NCBI GenBank assembly: GCA_045656865.1
Contig: JAZOSB010000053.1
Location: 8,074 to 72,073 of the forward strand
Origin: Clostridia bacterium
GTDB taxonomy: Bacteria; Bacillota; Clostridia; UMGS1883
Reading direction: 5' to 3'
DNA length: 64,000 nt
Positions 63,501 through 64,000 of the stretch are shown in pieces. Numbering within the stretch: the first letter of the stretch is position 1; each line of letters begins with the position of its first letter. The notes beneath the pieces are model-generated. The model had not been told where the DNA came from. It saw only the letters and a list, made by a program, of their open reading frames with translations, and searched no databases. Made by a program: the position numbers and the translations under genes.

Positions 63501-63705
63501 TAACCTTAAACTCGTCAAGGGTGAATGCAGAGCCTTCCGTATGACCTATGTCATCCAGTTCATACGCCCCCGAATCAGCGAGGCTTTTCGGGCAGACAAC
63601 ATCTTGAGATTGCGCCAAACCCGTTATACAAAATCCGGGCAAGCTAAGACTTGCCGCAGTAAGTAAACAAACCAATCTTTGTTTTGCTTTTTTTGTAAAA
63701 ATCAT
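60598..63705 (-). CDS. Large multidomain surface protein: 2x uncharacterised FxGxxAP module, Big_2-like domain, 2x Ig-like modules, Gly9/Pro-rich linker, 3x C-terminal SLH
   Basis: The signal peptide follows ATG 63705 (AAAGGAG upstream). C-terminal SLH repeats are FADVPEEHWAYESIAELTEKGIVNG, FTDVEKGSWYFDAVSVAQSLGI and WKDSGEISYFAYEAVAALNNAGIIKG. Confidence 0.8.
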   Translation of the reverse strand: MIFTKKAKQRLVCLLTAASLSLPGFCITGLAQSQDVVCPKSLADSGAYELDDIGHTEGSAFTLDEFKVKLEAAEEDGRTAICTFEGLDIGSGIDTLNLQYGKENENGEKEKSLSVKHDVDSAYMRFKVAAGQSLIHGYASSGSTILYLDGGSEWTYTFSPAVNKDKLEVVKAVGFISTRRNLNMKITAHYANISDGETSGSETITVTKGSNAKAGSSDFVGFEAPENCFITKLVIIISPDPEKNVIYATGIDDLSLITQEVLSEEARPKRIEITAPDTVKTSYYGSILEYDCTAKVLDQFGRELDSAVEITVDNNDVAEIKDGKLIIKQQAVMPDAITLTASAGERIKTKTITVDTSVSPYYDVSRIGYDAYEVYAENSEKYYDEETEKVLSEQTDLTMGEFIAAMEKAAAADNDKQDVAMINFEGGEFANPEAPTAEELEKLFTVPLSKDREKIFTFTTVTRNPWTEWVNEANEIATEKNLASTPSKRKKILVPSGKMYKIVSPAVNQENDYLFDTSQTGDYRATHFGFVYVSKGTYKNYVSDGFGIQATFSDGTQKTYGINHEAGNDKVATKEKNTFYGIKAPAGHYITRIVITVEPRTYNGADNFGFIFEKPDVLTLKPDFENLTFSSFCDQNMENITEDIVLPTVTDGGCTINWTAKTPEGENYVVSDVIATDETDSANLGKIKVPDISEKSNVRLSAEMTYGVLTFLRNFDLYVPSKLERDYKKISIPEKTKENITLPTTGSEFGSTITWKSLDTSLIDDKGNVTRPDGRRDKYCVLQATLTNSSGTLVKEFGVTVEGTGRDNSEESGSGSSTGIVASGGGGGGGGGATVKPPVPVEVKPPVDESAPTNNTFADVPEEHWAYESIAELTEKGIVNGMGENSFKPEGTVTREQYLSMLVRAFGFTDEKASAEFTDVEKGSWYFDAVSVAQSLGICGGYEDGSFGIGKEITREEMAVMAYRSALLAELGVEATDENTAWKDSGEISYFAYEAVAALNNAGIIKGISEDKFSPKTTTTRAQAAVIIQRLLSVQ
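61210..61236 (-). repeat. Nine consecutive Gly codons (mixed GGC/GGT/GGA) in the linker of the SLH protein
   Basis: Plus strand reads tcc gcc gcc acc acc gcc acc gcc gcc. Confidence 0.9.
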
Positions 63706-63742
63706 ATGTTTTCTCCTTTCCGTCTCCTTCGATACCAAATAA

Positions 63743-63770
63743 ATTATACCATTGTGCCTTTATAACCAAA
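63743..63770 (-). promoter_or_regulatory. Candidate extended -10 promoter for the surface-protein operon
   Basis: Minus strand: TGgTATAAT, with the TATAAT hexamer at 63743-63748. The -35 is weak (TTTGGT-like). Confidence 0.35.
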
Positions 63771-63815
63771 AGAGACAGTTTCCTTGAATTTGTGCCATTT
63801 TCCCGACAGTTTGAT

Positions 63816-64000
63816 TTACTGCTCTTTCATTTTATCAAAAGCTTTAACCCATTCCCGTGCGATAAGCATATGCCCCGGAGCTTTTGGATGCACGCCATCT
63901 CTAACCCAGTAGTCGGGGAAATCCGGATTATACACCGCATCAAATTTTTCCTGCAGACTTATAAACGGTAACGAAAATTTCTCTGCTACTCTTTTTGCCG
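63816..64000 (-). CDS. SGNH/GDSL-family hydrolase, C-terminal fragment (5' end beyond the window)
   Basis: The reverse frame is open to the window edge and ends ...WVRDGVHPKAPGHMLIAREWVKAFDKMKEQ* (block V DGVHP). The stop is at 63816-63818. Confidence 0.6.
   Translation of the reverse strand, partial: AKRVAEKFSLPFISLQEKFDAVYNPDFPDYWVRDGVHPKAPGHMLIAREWVKAFDKMKEQ

Overview
This is a low-GC Firmicutes (Clostridia-like) chromosomal segment. I infer that from gene content, SigA-type promoters, GGAGG ribosome-binding sites, SLH-anchored proteins and a PASTA-domain PBP. Positions 1-44.3 kb are densely packed core housekeeping genes: rpoC (partial) and rpoB; a PrsA-like foldase; metK; recD2-comFC-queG; the conserved dprA-topA-trmFO block; the infC-rpmI-rplT operon with an ATT start and an L20-type leader; tRNA-Gly; dnaG-rpoD; tRNA-Leu; cdd-pdp; holA; an M18 aminopeptidase; a chrA pair; tex; and a dcw cell-division cluster (mraZ-rsmH-ftsL-pbp-murE-mraY-ftsW-murG-murA-ftsQ-ftsZ). 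That cluster lacks murF, murD, murC and ftsA. At 44.27 kb sits tRNA-Pro(UGG). Its last 23 nt are duplicated exactly 203 bp downstream, which looks like an att-type scar. Immediately after it (44.7-63.7 kb, continuing past the window end) lies a single-strand accessory glycan-utilisation locus. This locus encodes cytoplasmic GH28, GH105, GH20-like and DUF4832-like enzymes, SGNH esterases and an unusual set of three phosphoesterase folds. It also encodes four secreted proteins of unknown function, two of them SLH-anchored and two sharing an unrecognised repeated module. This locus is the best candidate for something undescribed. I found no CRISPR array, integrase, transposase, rRNA gene or recognisable defence system. 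All functional calls come from motifs read by eye, without database searches.
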